Positions 62,133-64,000 of a DNA stretch of 64,000 nucleotides are shown here, in pieces (the first letter of the stretch is position 1; each line of letters opens with the position of its first letter). The position numbers and the translations under genes were made by a program. Location of the stretch: NCBI GenBank assembly GCA_903813345.2, contig CAIIXF020000001.1:8990001-9054000 (forward strand), written 5' to 3'. Origin of the DNA: Owenia fusiformis (Eukaryota). The notes beneath the pieces are model-generated. The model ran no database searches and had not been told where the DNA came from. It saw nothing but the letters and a program-made list of their open reading frames with translations.

Positions 62133-64000
62133 ATCCTCCACTGTGTTGTAGTATAATTCAACTTTGATTATGCGAAATAATCTAAGTCAAACTATCGGCT
62201 CTGTAAATGGCTATCTCCTGGATCCTCCTTAATGTGTTGTAGGATAATTCAACTTTAATTATATGAAATAATCAAAGTCAAACTATCGGCTCTGTAAATG
62301 GCTATCTCTTGGATCCTCCTCACTGTGTTGTAGGATAATTCAACTTTAATTATATAAAATAATCAAAGTCAAACTATTGGCTCTGTAAATGGCTATCTCC
62401 TGGATCCTCCTCAATGTGTTGTAGGATAATTCAACTTTAATTATATGAAATAATCAAAGTCCAACTATCAGCTCTGTAAATGGCTATCTCCTGGATCCTC
62501 GTCACTGTGTTATAGGATAATTCAACTTTAATTATATGAAATAATCAAAGTCAAACTATCGGCTCTGTAAATGGCTATCTCCTGGATCCTCCTCACTGTG
62601 TGGTAGGATAATTCAACTTTAATTATATAAAATAATCAAAGTCAAACTATTGGCTCTGTAAATGGCTATCTCCTGGATCCTCCTCAATGTGTTGTAGGAT
62701 AATTCAACTTTAATTATATGAAATAATCAAAGTCAAACTATTGGCTCTGTAAATGGCTATCTCCTGGATCCTCCTCAATGTGTTGTAGGATAATTCAACT
62801 TTAATTATATGAAATAATCAAAGTCAAACTATCGGCTCTGTAAATGGCTATCTCCTGGATCCTCCTCACTGTGTTGTAGGATAATTCAACTTTAATTATA
62901 TGAAATAATCAAAGTCAAACTATCGGCTCTGTAAATGGCTATCTCCTGGATCCTCGTCAATGTGTTGTAGGATAATTCAACTTTAATTATATGAAATAAT
63001 CAAAGTCAAACTATTGGCTCTGTAAATGGCTATCTCCTGGATCCTCCTCACTGTGTTGTAGGATAATTCAACTTTAATTATATGAAATAATCAAAGTCAA
63101 ACTATCGGCTCTGTAAATGGCTATCTCCTGGATCCTCGTCAATGTGTTGTAGGATAATTCAACTTTAATTATATGAAATAATCAAAGTCAAACTATCGGC
63201 TCTGTAAATGGCTATCTCCTGGATCCTCCTCAATGTGTTGTAGTATAATTCAACTTTGATTATGCGAAATAATCTAAGTCAAACTATCGGCTCTGTAAAT
63301 GGCTATCTCCTGGATCCTCCTCACTGTGTTGTAGGATAATTCAACTTTAATTATATGAAATAATCAAAGTCAAACTATCGGCTCTGTAAATGGCTATCTC
63401 CTGGATCCTCGTCAATGTGTTGTAGGATAATTCAACTTTAATTATATGAAATAATCAAAGTCAAACTATCGGCTCTGTAAATGGCTATCTCCTGGATCCT
63501 CCTCAATGTGTTGTAGTATAATTCAACTTTAATTATATGAAATAATCAAAGTCAAACTATTGGCTCTGTAAATGGCTATCTCCTGGATCCTCCTCACTGT
63601 GTTGTAGGATAATTCAACTTTAATTATATGAAATAATCAAAGTCAAACTATCGGCTCTGTAAATGACTATCTCTTGGATCCTCCTCAATGTGTTGTAGTA
63701 TAATTCAACTTTAATTATATGAAATAATCAAAGTCAAACTATTGGCTCTGTAAATGGCTATCTCCTGGATCCTCCTCACTGTGTTGTAGGATAATTCAAC
63801 TTTAATTATATGAAATAATCAAAGTCAAACTATCGGCTCTGTAAATGGCTATCTCCTGGATCCTCCTCAATGTGTTGTAGGATAATTCAACTTTAATTAT
63901 ATGAAATAATCAAAGTCAAACTATCGGCTCTGTAAATGGCTATCTCTTGGATCCTCCTCACTGTGTTGTAGGATAATTCAACTTTAATTATATGAAATAA
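62133..64000. repeat. 91-bp tandem satellite, about 20.5 copies, truncated by the window end
   Basis: Unit GATAATTCAACTTTAATTATATGAAATAATCAAAGTCAAACTATCGGCTCTGTAAATGGCTATCTCCTGGATCCTCCTCACTGTGTTGTAG; constant period 91; few substitutions; no spacers. Confidence 0.97.

Noticed and set aside
62133..64000. CRISPR array, coding repeat or micro-exon array
   Set aside because: No unique spacers and no cas genes; the period of 91 is not a multiple of 3 and units contain stops; the possible AAG|...CA|GTGAGG exon per unit is 20 nt with a poor acceptor.

Overview
AT-rich, intron-containing animal genomic DNA, not prokaryotic; the repeat repertoire suggests a mollusc or other lophotrochozoan (inference). 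It carries five multi-exon genes that I assembled by hand from GT/AG boundaries: an EML/EMAP WD40 microtubule protein that appears to carry the tail of a doublecortin domain (+, 5' end outside the window), UTP3/SAS10 (-), LRRC34 (+, head-to-head with UTP3), PEX14 (-) and SARAF/TMEM66 (-, 5' end unresolved). An orphan 68-aa single-pass membrane ORF abuts a 91-bp satellite running off the right edge. Most ORF-track entries are intron noise or exon fragments. Non-coding DNA is dense with non-autonomous DNA transposons with readable termini and TSDs, several nested concentrically (0.7-5.7 kb, 30-34.5 kb, 50-52.3 kb), plus Helentron-like composites and two tRNA-derived SINEs. I found no transposase ORF, no CRISPR array and no clearly new enzymatic system. 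Best leads: the DCX-EMAP-like fusion, CAC...GTG elements with 5-bp TSDs, TE-supplied splice donors at PEX14 and UTP3, two candidate microexons, a splice-junction-derived minisatellite and the orphan membrane micropeptide. Coordinates were read by eye and may be off by a few bases; no database searches were run.
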